DNA of 64,000 bases from Felis catus (taxonomy: Eukaryota), in contig NC_058368.1 in NCBI RefSeq assembly GCF_018350175.1, positions 32,924,001 to 32,988,000 of the forward strand. The letters run 5' to 3'. Of the stretch, positions 1-11,445 are shown one piece after another. Below the pieces are notes generated by a model that saw only the letters and a program-made list of their open reading frames with translations, did no database searches and was not told where the DNA came from. The translations under genes were made by a program, and so were the position numbers. How positions within the stretch are numbered: position 1 is the stretch's first letter; each line of letters starts with the position of its first letter.

Positions 1-95
1 TACTCCATTGTATATAGTATACATTCACCATATCTGCCTTATCCATTCCTGGGTTGATCCACTTTGGTTGTTTCCATACCTTGGCTATTATGAAT
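1..95 (-). mobile_element. L1 3'-region fragment, truncated by window edge
   Basis: Antisense L1 ORF2-end motifs (tactccattgtatat...atccattc...gttgtttccataccttggctattatgaat). Confidence 0.75.
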
Positions 96-164
96 GAAAA
101 GATTGTTGAGATGTTTGCAAAATGGGGTAGGCTGAATAAATATCATAGATGATCCTGTTTTAAT

Positions 165-642
165 ACCTGGACATTGTGAATGTTCTCATATGTCTAGACA
201 AACTGTACATACATAATTAATTGAAAGATACTGAGATGAAGTGATTTTATGGATTTCCCAGGTGGGTCTTACAGGGAGCCTGAAGGTTAGAATGAGTAGC
301 AAGAGATGCGATGATGGAAGCAAGGGATAGGAAAGATGTAAGGAAGGGACTAGAATGCAGATGACCATTAGAAGCAGAAAGGCAGGTAAGGAATCTACTC
401 CATATGGTTGGACTATATGCTAACAAATTTGGATGTAAATTAAAAAAAAATAAAGTAAAAAACTGAAAAAAAAAAAAAGGCAGGAACTGGGTTCTCCTCT
501 GAAGCCTTCAGAAGGAAATGTAAGTTTGACACTGCCTTGATTTTAGATGTGTGACATCTGGAACTGTAAAAGAACAACTCTTTTTTGTTTTAAGCCACTA
601 AGTATGTGGTAAAGTGCATAACAGCAGCAGGAAACCAATACA
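165..642 (+). mobile_element. MLT1-type (ERVL-MaLR) solo LTR, interrupted by a short L1 3' end
   Basis: MaLR motifs: tctcctctgaagccttcagaagg, tctggaactgtaaaaga, tgttttaagccactaagt, and terminus cagcagcaggaaaccaataca at 642. Left boundary approximate. Confidence 0.8.
387..475 (+). mobile_element. Severely 5'-truncated carnivore L1 3' end with poly(A)
   Basis: ctatatgctaacaaatttggatgtaaatt followed by an A-rich tail. TSD aaaggcagg at 378-386 and 476-484. Confidence 0.85.
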
Positions 643-944
643 GAGAGTTTACATGTTTGAATGTGTTCGTGGTCTGACAGCAACAATAAAAATGATATGG
701 TTATGTTGAAATTTCTGTGTGTAGTAGATTTCAATAAAACATTTTAGAAAGGAAAATAGCTAAAGCAATTATGGCAAAATTTGTACCTTTGGCAAAGCTT
801 TGTGGTAACAAGCGTGGTGTTGTGCTGTTTTCTATTTTTGTGGAATATTTTATATTAAATAGCTGCAACTAGGTATCAAATAATTTCTATTAGAAATGGA
901 CACGGAGAAGAAAAGGAATCCTATGGTTGTCAGGGCTAAGAATA

Positions 945-1410
945 TCTCTTTGAAGAATGACAGCTAAGTTGGAGGAAGAGTGGGAACAAGTTTATTAAGT
1001 TAAGAAGAATGAAAGAAATCCAGTATTTGTAGGGAGTAATGCGAAAAGCAAAGCATGACCAATATAAAAATGGACAGATTGTCAGATAATGTGGGCCTTG
1101 AAGACTACAGTCAGGTATTTGAATTTATTTGAAATGTGAAGCCGTTGGAGGGTTTGGAACAGGGAGAAGGGAAATAGTCTGATTTATATTGCATAAATTA
1201 CTATACCTGTTATGTACTCTACTGTGTTTGAAGCAAGGTGAACCGAAGATGGGATAGAGGACTCTCTGGAAGCACTCTAATTAAGAGAAGATGGTGGTTG
1301 ATACAAGACTGTGGCAAGGATGAAAAAGAAATCTGTGCACATGTGAAAAATATGACAGGCTTTGCTGGCGGATTAGGTGTGGGACTGAGGGAATGGACCA
1401 GGAATAATCT
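945..1410 (-). mobile_element. L2 LINE fossil
   Basis: Antisense L2 motif gaagccgttggagggtttggaacaggga...ctgatttatatt in a purine-rich decayed context. Boundaries approximate. Confidence 0.6.
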
Positions 1411-2791
1411 CTCCTCTGACAATCGTGTGTTCTTTCTGTAGTAAAAATATAAGTGAAAAAAATAGACGTGAGGCATTTTGGTTTATTAAGATTATATTTT
1501 TGCCTTGAATTAAAAATCAGAATTTCATTGTGTATTTATTTTTAGGATTTCATTTTATTTGCTATATATTTTAACCCCAAAATTTTTTTTGATGTATTTT
1601 GCCTCTGGTTCATTTCTAAAAAGTCTTTTAATAAACAAATACTGTTGGTTGATTACAGCTCTCTAGGAGGTAGAAGGGTAAACACAAGTCTTGGCCCCTG
1701 CCTCAGAGAAATAGTCACTTTGAGTCAGTGATTCTAGGGATCATTTGAAGCTTTGCTTTGACTGTAGAGTGAGAGTCTTTTAACATGTGAGTGGCATATA
1801 ATACATGAAATTTAATAACATAAATTTTCCTGTTGCTTTTAATAATTTTTAAAGGGATTCCTATATTTTTTTGTTAATTTTAAACTAATTATTGGATGAT
1901 TTAAAACAGCGCCATAAATCTGCAAATATAAAAATGTTCGATGTAAAAACTTCTTGTAAGCTGTAGCATAGAATGAAATTGTTTCAGTATAATACCAAAA
2001 ATTTTAAAAATGACAGTCATATTTCTTATTTTTTTGTCTTTATGACTTTAACAGAAATGTTACTAAAAATTATCATGTATGTTGATTTCTGCAGCACTTT
2101 GATGGATTTTTGTCACTATTTGTTATATTTTTAAAGAAAGGTTAATTTTTTGTCAGCTTCCATTCCCATAAAATTAAATGAAGCAACAGTTTACAAATCA
2201 TAATGTATTAACATAGGCTATTCATGGAAGCTCCTAATTCACATTAGTGCTCAGGCTCATTTTCTATAGGGAAAAAGGAAACTAAAGGTAAAGGTCAAGT
2301 TAAAATTATCACAATTATTAATTTTAAATGGCTACAGAGTAATTAGTTAATTAAAATCATCACTATGTCAGTAAGTTGAACACAAATCTGACATGTGATT
2401 CAAACAACATTTTGAAAAACTTGATTGAAAACTCTTAGTCACTTTATTCAGATAATACCAGACTGAGAAATGTTGAAATTCAAGAGTCTTTCCCTGCTTT
2501 ATTACTTATAGCTCTGCCAGTGAAAAATTTAAAAAAAATTAAAAAAAAAGATACAAAAACCTGTGCATGTTTATCTCTCACACAAAATTCTAGGACTCAT
2601 GTTTTATTTTCTGTGTTAACACTGTCATTTGACAAAATGTTTCTTGAACTTTTTCCTAGAAGTTAAGATGGTAAACTTCAACTGACAATACTTAGATTCC
2701 ATCAGCAAATAGAAACAAAACAAAACAAAACAAAAAAAAGCAGGGGGGAAGAAAGAAGAGTGGAAAATATGGTTGAAAATTAGCGGAAGTA

Positions 2792-3010
2792 GGGGCAACT
2801 GGGTGGCTCAGTAGGTTAAGCCTCAGGCTCTTGGTTTGGGCTCAGGTCATGATCTTGTGGTTCATGGAGCATAGCCCCACATCGAGCTCTGGGCTGACAG
2901 CATGGATCCTGCTTGGGATTCTCTCTCCCTCTCTCTCTGCCCCTCCCCTACTTGCTCTTTGTCTCTCTGTCTGTCCCTCTCTCACACAATAAATAGATAG
3001 ACAGATAGAG
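2792..3010 (+). mobile_element. Can-SINE (feliform type)
   Basis: Head ggggcaactgggtggctcag, ctcaggtcatgatc core, CT-rich tract and A-rich tail. Confidence 0.95.
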
Positions 3011-3114
3011 AAAGTATGACCAAGTCTTTGAGGTAGATTCTTAAGCTGGTGAGTAAATACAACGTCATAACTCTTCTATCTGAACATCACGACTGCTTTA
3101 GATCTCTCAAGAAC

Positions 3115-3575
3115 TGAAAGGGTCTTTCATAGTTTCACGGATGTTGGCAGGAGATGCAAAGCTGGATCAGAGACTCACAGCACAGCTGGCAGTCTGAACT
3201 TCATGTTCCCTTCAGTCGCCCCTGTCTTTCAAATCTTACGGGGATCAATGCAGGAGGTCCAGGTAGACGCTAGGCATATCGTGCTTTTGTTACACAGCCT
3301 AAAAATGCTGAGCTTAATAAATCCCAATCTTATAAAGGACTTCAAACAAACATGCTCAGCCTTTGCCCCAGAGGGAGACGTTGTCTTTATTGCACTGTAC
3401 AGCAAACAAATCTGCGCTCTGCTCCAGATGAGGATGTTATATTTCTCTTCCAGGGCTATTTGCTCTACAAACATCCTGAAAACGATGGTCTAGCAACAAA
3501 ATCTGTCAGTGTATCTACTCACAAGATTTGCAGAAATGTGAACAACATGGAGAACTTTTTCCAATTGGTTTAGGG
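3115..3575 (-). mobile_element. Ancient ERVL-type solo LTR (MER54/73/74/77-like group)
   Basis: Starts tgaaagggtct...agtttcacggatgttggcaggaga...actcacagcacagc, the same motif order as the element at about 10802. Family assignment from memory. Confidence 0.55.
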
Positions 3576-3649
3576 GCTAAATGGAACATATTGGCCGTTA
3601 AATACGTATTTGTGACATAAGGGAGAATGTTACATAGTGATACTGTTTC

Positions 3650-3840
3650 AATAGATGTGCATACAACCCTAGGTTCTATTTATTAGCTCTATGGTGTGAG
3701 AAAAATTACTTAACCTTTTGAACCTTACTTTCTTCACGTTTAAAATAAGGAAAATTTGATATGCTTTACGTCCCTAACAGAAATATTATAAAAATCCACT
3801 TTGATAATAGATATGAAAAAGTTATGTAAACTTTAAAATA
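3650..3840 (+). mobile_element. MIR fragment
   Basis: Decayed MIR core: aaattacttaaccttttgaaccttactttcttcacgtttaaaataagg. Confidence 0.55.
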
Positions 3841-3989
3841 GGGCATAGTTTTTAGTTATATTAGCTTGAATAGGGGCAGATTTATGTACATACTTTGATT
3901 AAATTCTTTGTCATAATAAATTAACCTTACTGTATTATATAAAAAAATATTGACTTTTAACTCTTTTTAGTTTTTCCTAATGTCTGTTT

Positions 3990-4194
3990 ATTATTATTTT
4001 TTTATTTAACATTTATTTTTGAAAGAGAGACAGAGTGCAAGTGGGAGAAGGGCAGAGAGAGAGGGCGATGCAGAATCCAAAGCAGGCTTCAGGGTCTGAG
4101 CACAGAGCCCAACATGGGGCTCGAACTCACGGACCATGAGATCATGACCTGAGTCGAAGTCAGACACTTAACTGACTGAGCCACCCAAGCACCC
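3990..4194 (-). mobile_element. Can-SINE inserted into the tail of an older Can-SINE
   Basis: Antisense SINE ending ctgagccacccaagcaccc. TSD aatgtctgttt at 3979-3989 and 4195-4205. Confidence 0.95.
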
Positions 4195-4376
4195 AATGTC
4201 TGTTTTTGAGAAACAGAGGGAGAGAGAACACATGTGAGCAGGGGAGGGGCAGAGAGAGGGAGAGAGAATCCCAAGCAGGCGGAGCCCTACATGGGGCTCT
4301 GTTCCACAATTGTGAGATCATGACCTGAGCTGAAATCAAGTGAGACATGTAACTGACTGAGCCATGCAGGTGCCCC
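4195..4376 (-). mobile_element. Can-SINE (host of the nested SINE)
   Basis: gagaatcccaagcagg...gagatcatgacctgagctgaaatcaag...gagccatgcaggtgcccc. Confidence 0.93.
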
Positions 4377-5558
4377 TTAGCTTTTTATTTGATTAACAAA
4401 ATACTTAAAACGAAACATTGTATTTTTCCAGTCTAAAAGAGTACTTAAAAATAACCAACACCTTATTTCAGAAGCCTTTCAACATTATTCACTAATACTG
4501 CTCTCCAATGATATAAGAATTGAACTGTCAGAAATTATTTTTCATGAATGCATATACCTATGCTTTAATTAAATATATTCTCTAATCTTAAGTAAAGCTA
4601 ATGTAACATTTGAATTTCAAGTGGATATCTTCCTACCATAAGAAATGAATTTATAGCAATTTTCCTAAAATAATTTCTTCTCTAGCAAAAATCTGAGGTC
4701 TGAATCATACAAAAGGGTGTACTAACAGGTTTGAGTTTTGTTTTCCTCTCACTTTTCTTGTATATTTTAAGCCTACAAAAATGTTTTAAGCACCGTATAG
4801 GAAAATAAATATGCTTCATCCAAATTCATCAATAGAGTTTCTTGTCTACGTACCTTTACATATAGTTTTTGAGAATTTGTCGTAGATTTAACTCTTGATA
4901 TTTGACTATAATTCCTATGAAAACATAATTCTATTACATAATAATAATTACCAGATATTTATCAGTAGCATACAATTTAATATTGTCTGATAGATCATTG
5001 CACTCCACCGTACAAATCCACATTCAGATTTCCTCAGTCGTCCCAATAGTAAATTTTATGTTTCTTTTGTCTCTTTTTCCTTCATTTCCTAATCTGAGAT
5101 GCAAACAGAGATGATGCTCTTTTATCTTCTGGATTTGTGTCTTTCTAGGAGGATATTTGTGGGCTAGGTCTGTGACTTTGAGGTCTTAGGTTATCATAAT
5201 TCACTATGATCACTATGATCTTCCAGCATTGTTTTGTGAGTCCCTGTGTATATTTTTATACTCTGCCCCAAGTTGGATCCTGCTATTATCAAATACTTGT
5301 TTGCAGAGGATTTCACTGTGAATGATGTTCTTATTTTGGGAGTATTTGTTGGCAATTAGTGTTGCAGGATACCTAAGCCTGTCAAAATTGCCCTCTATTC
5401 CTTTTGCTGTTGCCACCCAGATTTCTCTGCATGGGTTCTGCTTTGGTCCTGTTTTATCATCACTCACTTGTATTCTGAAATTGAGGGATAACTCTGACAG
5501 TTCTGTTAAAGAAGGTATCCATGCCTTTCAATTTTGTTAACTTCTTGCTGAGGTTTAA

Positions 5559-5561
<3 letters not shown>

Positions 5562-5607
<46 letters not shown>
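5562..5607. repeat. (TG)n microsatellite
   Basis: Uninterrupted GT dinucleotide run. Confidence 0.98.
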
Positions 5608-5610
<3 letters not shown>

Positions 5611-5667
5611 CACATATATACACACATATAGATACCAAATCTCAAATCACTGTTTACTCAGTGACTT

Positions 5668-5696
5668 TATTTTTTTTAAATTTTTTAATGTTTATT

Positions 5697-5754
<58 letters not shown>

Positions 5755-5884
5755 TGAATGAGAAGCAGACTCCAGGCTCTGAGCTATCAGTACAGACCCA
5801 ATGCAAGACTTAAACCCATGAGCCATGAGATCATGACCTGAGCTGAAGTCTGGCTTTTAACCTACTGAGCTACCCAGGTGCCCC
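5668..5884 (-). mobile_element. Can-SINE with expanded (GA)n tract (5700-5748)
   Basis: Antisense SINE ending gagctacccaggtgcccc. TSD tactcagtga(c/g)ttt at about 5655 and 5885. Confidence 0.95.
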
Positions 5885-5929
5885 TACTCAGTGAGTTTCT
5901 TAACCAGAGCTCCATTACTCCCCACAAAG

Positions 5930-6215
5930 GGTAACTGGGATAGATCAGTTTCATTTATTTTTAAAAATGCATTATACAAATAGAATCATACAATGCATAT
6001 TCTTCTGTGTCTGGCTGTTTTAGCTCACTCTTAACTTTGTGAAATTCATTCATCATTGTGCCAATTCTATCATTCCTATAATCCTATTGAATCCTGTTAT
6101 GTGAATATGCCACACGTTATTTATCCATTCTTATACAGACAAACATGTAGGTAGTTTTAAGTTCCATTATAAATCATCACTAATCATTCTACTACCTGGC
6201 TTTTGGTCAATACAT
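5930..6215 (-). mobile_element. Old L1M 3'-region fragment
   Basis: aaatagaatcatacaatgcatattcttctgtgtctggct...gtgaaattcattcat, typical of antisense L1M 3' ends. Confidence 0.65.
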
Positions 6216-7055
6216 AATTATAACCCTTCACCTCTCCCCACCACACACACACATATATAGACATGTGTGCATACGCGTTTAGCCTCACCCAGGTAAGGGA
6301 GAAACTTTTTTAGTCTTAAAGGAAACTTTCCATATCTATATTTTTTCATTAAAATGTCCTTGTATCTCTTTGAATCAGGCTACCTTCTGACACATATGCC
6401 ATAAAAATGTAATAAACTTTATTTTTTCGAAAAGTTTTAGATTTACAGAAAAAGTGGAAAACTAATTCAGAAATCACATAACATGCAATGCCCTGTTGTT
6501 CCCTTACTTATGAACATCTTATATTAGTATGATACATTTTTCACAATGAGCCCATACGTATATATTACAGTAGTTAAAGTCTGTGCTGTATTCGTATTTC
6601 CTCAGTTTTTCCAGTTCTTTTCTTCTGTTCCAGAATTCATCTAGGATATCATGTTGCATTTAGTTTGCACGTATCCTTAGGCTCCCAGTAGCTATGAGAG
6701 TTTTTCAGATGTCCCTTGTTTTTGATGACCTGACAGTTTTGAGGATTACTAGTCCTATATTTTTTACAAGGTCCCTCTCTTAAAATTTGTCTGGGTGATT
6801 GCCTTGTTATGAAACCGGGTTAATGTCTTTTGGGGGAGGAAGACCATGGTGGAAGGTACATTGTCATCCTACCCTGTTTAGGATGCCTACTCTCAATATG
6901 ACTTACTACTGTTGCTGTAATCCTTGATCACTTGGCTGAGGTACTGTTTTTCAGTGGAATTTTCTCTGCCGTTACCTTTCATTATACTGTACTCTTTGCA
7001 AAGGAGTCACTGTGTACAAGCCAGTCTTAGCAGGTAAGGAGTTTGCTCTTCCTTT

Positions 7056-7259
7056 AAATTTTTTTTTAAATTTATTTATATTTGAGAGAGAGAGAGCAAA
7101 AATGGCAGAGGGACAGAGAGAAAGGGAGACAGAAACTGAAGCAGGCTCCGGGCTCCAACTTGCCAGCACAGAGCCCAATGCGGGGCTCGAACTCACGAGC
7201 CGCAAAATCATGACCTGAGCCGATCGGATGCTTAACTGCCTGAGCCACCTAGGCGCCCC
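7056..7259 (-). mobile_element. Can-SINE nested in old L1
   Basis: Antisense SINE ending gagccacctaggcgcccc. Degenerate TSD tgctct(t/a)ccttt. Confidence 0.95.
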
Positions 7260-8230
7260 TGCTCTACCTTTTTAAGGGTACAATATCTACATAAAGTATA
7301 TGGAATTATTTTGAATGACATATTTGTCTCTTCTTCCACAATTTTTCAGGTGTATGGATATGTGTATGGATACTTGGATATTTAGTTTATGCTTTGGGTT
7401 TTAAAGCAATACTAATTGATCTCTCGCATAGTTTTAGTATTTGGCCATTGGAACTCTCATTTGGTTAGCGTATCCTTTTGACATACTCCCATCAATGCAG
7501 TTTTTATTGGTATTTTTATTTTTAGTACTTAAAAAAAAAGTTGTGATACTACAAGATGGTCCAGATTCCTGTTGCATATTTTCTGCCTCAGTCAGTGATT
7601 TCTCTTAGGATCCCTGACTCCTTTAGTTAGAGAGTGGTTTTTGAAACTAACATCTGGATTCTGGCTCATTTTTGGCCATGTCATATGACAAATCTACACA
7701 TGTATACTAACATGTATAAAGCAAACATGTATAAACATTTCCGTATATAACCATCTGTAACTATAATAAGGAAATTTTTATTTTATTTTACTGAAAATTT
7801 TATTTTATTTTATTTAACTCTAATCCATTTAAAAATGGTTTATTCCAGCTTCCTCCCCTTGAGGATCTATAAGCTCCTGTTCCAAAACTGAAAAAAGGGA
7901 TTCCTACCATGTGGCATGCATTTACTTGTTTAATTCCCATATGCACGTATAGCGGTATTGGAATTGTTAACCTGTACCCCGAAAGGAAGCCATTTTATCA
8001 ACTATTAACACTGCTAATAGGCATTTTCTTTTGCCTTCAGTGTTAAAGGTTCTGTTTATTCCCAATGTAACCTAGAGGGAGCACTTTCCCCCCTCAACGT
8101 CCCCCTCTCCTCCTGCCCTACCCTTCCTGTGGTTGTTTCATGCATTTACAATACACATCACTCTCTTGTCAAGGTCTGAATTCCTTCCTGAGATTCTCAG
8201 CCTCCAATTCTTTTTTGTTGTTGTTGTTGT

Positions 8231-8256
8231 GGGGGTGGGGGTGGGGTGGGGTGGGG
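8231..8256 (+). repeat. (GGGGT)n G-quadruplex-forming tract
   Basis: gggggtgggggtggggtggggtgggg: five G-runs of 4-5 nt with 1-nt loops. Confidence 0.85.
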
Positions 8257-10801
8257 AGAGTAAACTGACACAAAATAGTCTTTTTACTGTGAAGCTCTAT
8301 TAATTTTGAAAAATACTTAACACCATATATCTTGTGGAGAATATTTTTACTACCTTAAATGTCTCCTGTGCTTCACATATTCATTCCTTTCCCCTCCTCT
8401 GACAGCCCTGGAAACTTCTGGTCTTTTTACTGTTTCTATTACTTCGGCTTTTCCAGAATATCATATAATGGAATCATACATGATGTGGACTTTTGAGGCC
8501 AGCTTCTTTCACTTGATGATATGCTTCTAAGATTCTTTCAGATCTTTTTGTGAATTGATAGCTCATTCATTTTATCAGGAAATATTATTATATCATATAT
8601 ATATTATATCATATAAATATATCATATAAACTCAATGTATTGAGTTATTATATATGTATTGTTTGATTTCAATTTTGGAAATTTAGGAGTAAAGTTGCTA
8701 TAAGGATTCCTGTATGAATTTTGTGTGAACATAAATTTTCAAATCAGTTGTGTAAATACCTATGATTGTGAATGCTGGATTGTACAGAAAGTCAAATTTA
8801 ACTTTTGAAAAGTTCCCAAACTCTCTTCTAAGTTGGAATCCTTTTACATTCAGAATAATGAATAAGAATTCCTGTCACTCCACATCCTTGCCAAAAATTG
8901 ATACCGCTTTTTATTTTGTTTTTAATCCAACCATTATAATAGGTGTGTAGGAGTGTTTTATTGCTACTTTAATTTGAAATTCCCCAGTCATGAGTGATGT
9001 TGAGAGTCTCATCATATGCTTACTTTTCAACTCTACATCTTCTTTGGTAGGTGTCTGTTCACATGTTTAGCCCAATTTTAGTGGGTTTTTGTTTTCTAAT
9101 TGCTGAGTTTAAGAGCTCTTTATATTTGGATATATATATATATATGTGTGTGTGTATATATAATATATATCCTTTCTTGTACATAGTCTGTTATAATTAA
9201 GAATTTCATTTCATGGTAATTTTATAAATGATTTTGGTGTTTTAAATTTCAAATTGATCATTACTGATACACAGAAAAACAATTGACTCTTAAGAAAATA
9301 ATCTGTGTCCATGCTATATACCTTTATTAGCATTAAGTATTTTTTTGTGGTGATTCTTTGGTATTTCCTACATGGGCAATTTTGTAACTTACAAAGACAG
9401 TATTATGTTTTCCTTTGCTGTATGTATATCTGTTATTTACTTGTCTTATCCTTATATTGAATTTCCAATACAAATCTGAAAGGGAGTTTTAACAAAAAAC
9501 ATCCTTGCCTGGATCCTTCACGGTCTTAAGGGGAAATGTCATTTCTCACTGTTACTCGTGTTAGCTGTTGGATTTTTTAGATCTATTTTATGAAGTTGAG
9601 GAAGTTCTCTATTGCTCATTTGCTGAGCATTTTTTTTTATCTAAATGGATGGTGCACTTGACCAAATGTTTTTTTTCTGAATGAGTGTGACCATATGGTT
9701 TTGCTTCTTTATCCCGTTGATGTGGTGGCTTACAGTGATCATTGTTTTCCACGTGTAACCAGACTTGTCTACCTGGAATAAATTCCACTTTGTAATGATA
9801 TATAGTTCAGTTTCTACACTAACAAATACAATTTCCCAGTATTTTATGGAGGTAGGTTTTGTTTGGTTTTTGCATCTGAGGTTACGAGATATCATGATTT
9901 GTAGATTTTCTTGTTTTTATATGGTTGTGATATTAATAAAATGATGGGCTCATAGAATGATTTGGGAAAGAAATGGTATAGAATTGGTATCATTTCTTGA
10001 TCTGTGCCTTTTGAACAAAACAGGGATTCATGTTTCTATCTGGACTATATTCCTTTCTATGGACATGTTGATGATTATTATCACTGCCAGATGAGTTAGA
10101 TTATTTTAAAGAACAAGTTTAGGATTATTTTGACATGAATTACATATTTAAATATATTTATTGACTTCTTACCAAATAAATACTCACATACTTTTAAATT
10201 TTATTAACAGGCTTTTCTTGTTTGTTACTATCTCCTCAATGAGTAACCCACTATATAGTAGATACATGTCATTGCCTCATCATGGGACACACACAATAGA
10301 AGACATTCAATAAAATGTTTCAAGACCTGAAAATCAACTAGATCATTTAGTTTTAAGGAATAATTTTATGACTTTTGATGCTTAATGAAAGCTGTAGGAG
10401 ATCACTACTTTCAGACAGATGAGGCATGGTGAAATATTTTATATCAATTTGCCTCTTGCAAATGAACAGGCTGAAACAATTGTGGAGCTGACTTTCCACC
10501 ATATGGCATGGCATCTAAACAGCTATAGACTTTTTAAAAATGTCTCATTATGTGAACTAGGTCATTGAAAATGATAGGTGGACATTGGCATATTAACACT
10601 ATAAGAAGAGCACAGTTCTCAAATTGTTAAAATCCTCACTGTCATACAAATAGATAATGAGCATGTGTCAATGTCATATTTAACTCATTAATGAGAGAAC
10701 CAGCAGGATGGAAGAGCTTATTAAAATTGCATATGAGGAACTAGGACTCAAATAGTCATTGTGGAAAGAAAGGCAGAGATATGATTGCTAGTTTCAAGAA
10801 C

Positions 10802-11445
10802 TGTGAAGAGTCTAAGAATTGTATCCTACTTGCAGACTAACAACTTAGTTTTGCCACAGTTTGTAGAACACATGGGACTCCTTGGTTAAAGGCCAAGAGG
10901 ACTACTCACAGAAATATCAATCATCAGAATATAGCGTTGTTTTTTTTTTTTTTTTTTTTTTTTTTTTTGGTACCAGTTCCAGGAGTTCCAATACCAACTC
11001 AAGGCAAAGTGTTAAAAATTAGATGTGGCAAAGAAAAATTAGCACTAGACAGATGAAATAGGTGAAAAAGCTATTACAAAGGAATAGAAAACAGTCATTT
11101 TCAGACACAACCCCCATATAGGAGTTAAATTCTTCTCTGAAATCTATCTTGAGGAGCCCAAAGAACCTCTGTGTAGTCTCTGGACAAGGAGACAGGAAAA
11201 ACATCAAGTCTATTGCAACAGGGGAGAAAGATGGGACTAATCTTGATCTCTAAATAGTTGAAAACACATGGCCTATCATAAGTAAATACTGGAAAGGAAA
11301 ACTTACATTTCTTGAGAATCAGATGACCCTTTGCTGGGCCTGATAGAAAAAGCTTAAAGCTTGACAAAAAGGTCACACAATCACATGTTCACATCCCGCC
11401 TTCCCCCCTCCCCCCACCCCCGCAAGATTTCTTTTCTCAATAGTG
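10802..11445 (-). mobile_element. Ancient ERVL-type solo LTR (MER54/73/74/77-like group)
   Basis: tgtgaagagtctaagaattgtatcctacttgcagactaacaacttagttttgccacagttt...gggactccttgg matches the recalled terminus of this LTR group. Right boundary approximate. Confidence 0.65.

Larger units (their letters stand above)
6412..9985 (-). mobile_element. Old L1 (L1MC/L1MD-like): long 3'UTR plus decayed ORF2 pieces
   Basis: Begins taaactttatttttt...gttttagatttacagaaaa. Contains ccttgtttttgatgacctgacagttttgagga and antisense ORF2 motifs up to about 9985. One SINE is inserted. Confidence 0.8.

Noticed and set aside
2792..2860. tRNA-like A/B box sequences in SINE heads
   Set aside because: Can-SINEs are tRNA-derived. 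No complete cloverleaf tRNA gene is present.
5460..5753. ORFs with THTH, CVCV, ERER or YIYI repeats (also near 26513, 31073, 36077, 56073 and 58789)
   Set aside because: They are read-throughs of microsatellites.
10940..10968. 29-nt poly(T) as a possible processed-pseudogene tail
   Set aside because: No TSD or mRNA-like body next to it. It sits inside an LTR and looks like a homopolymer expansion.
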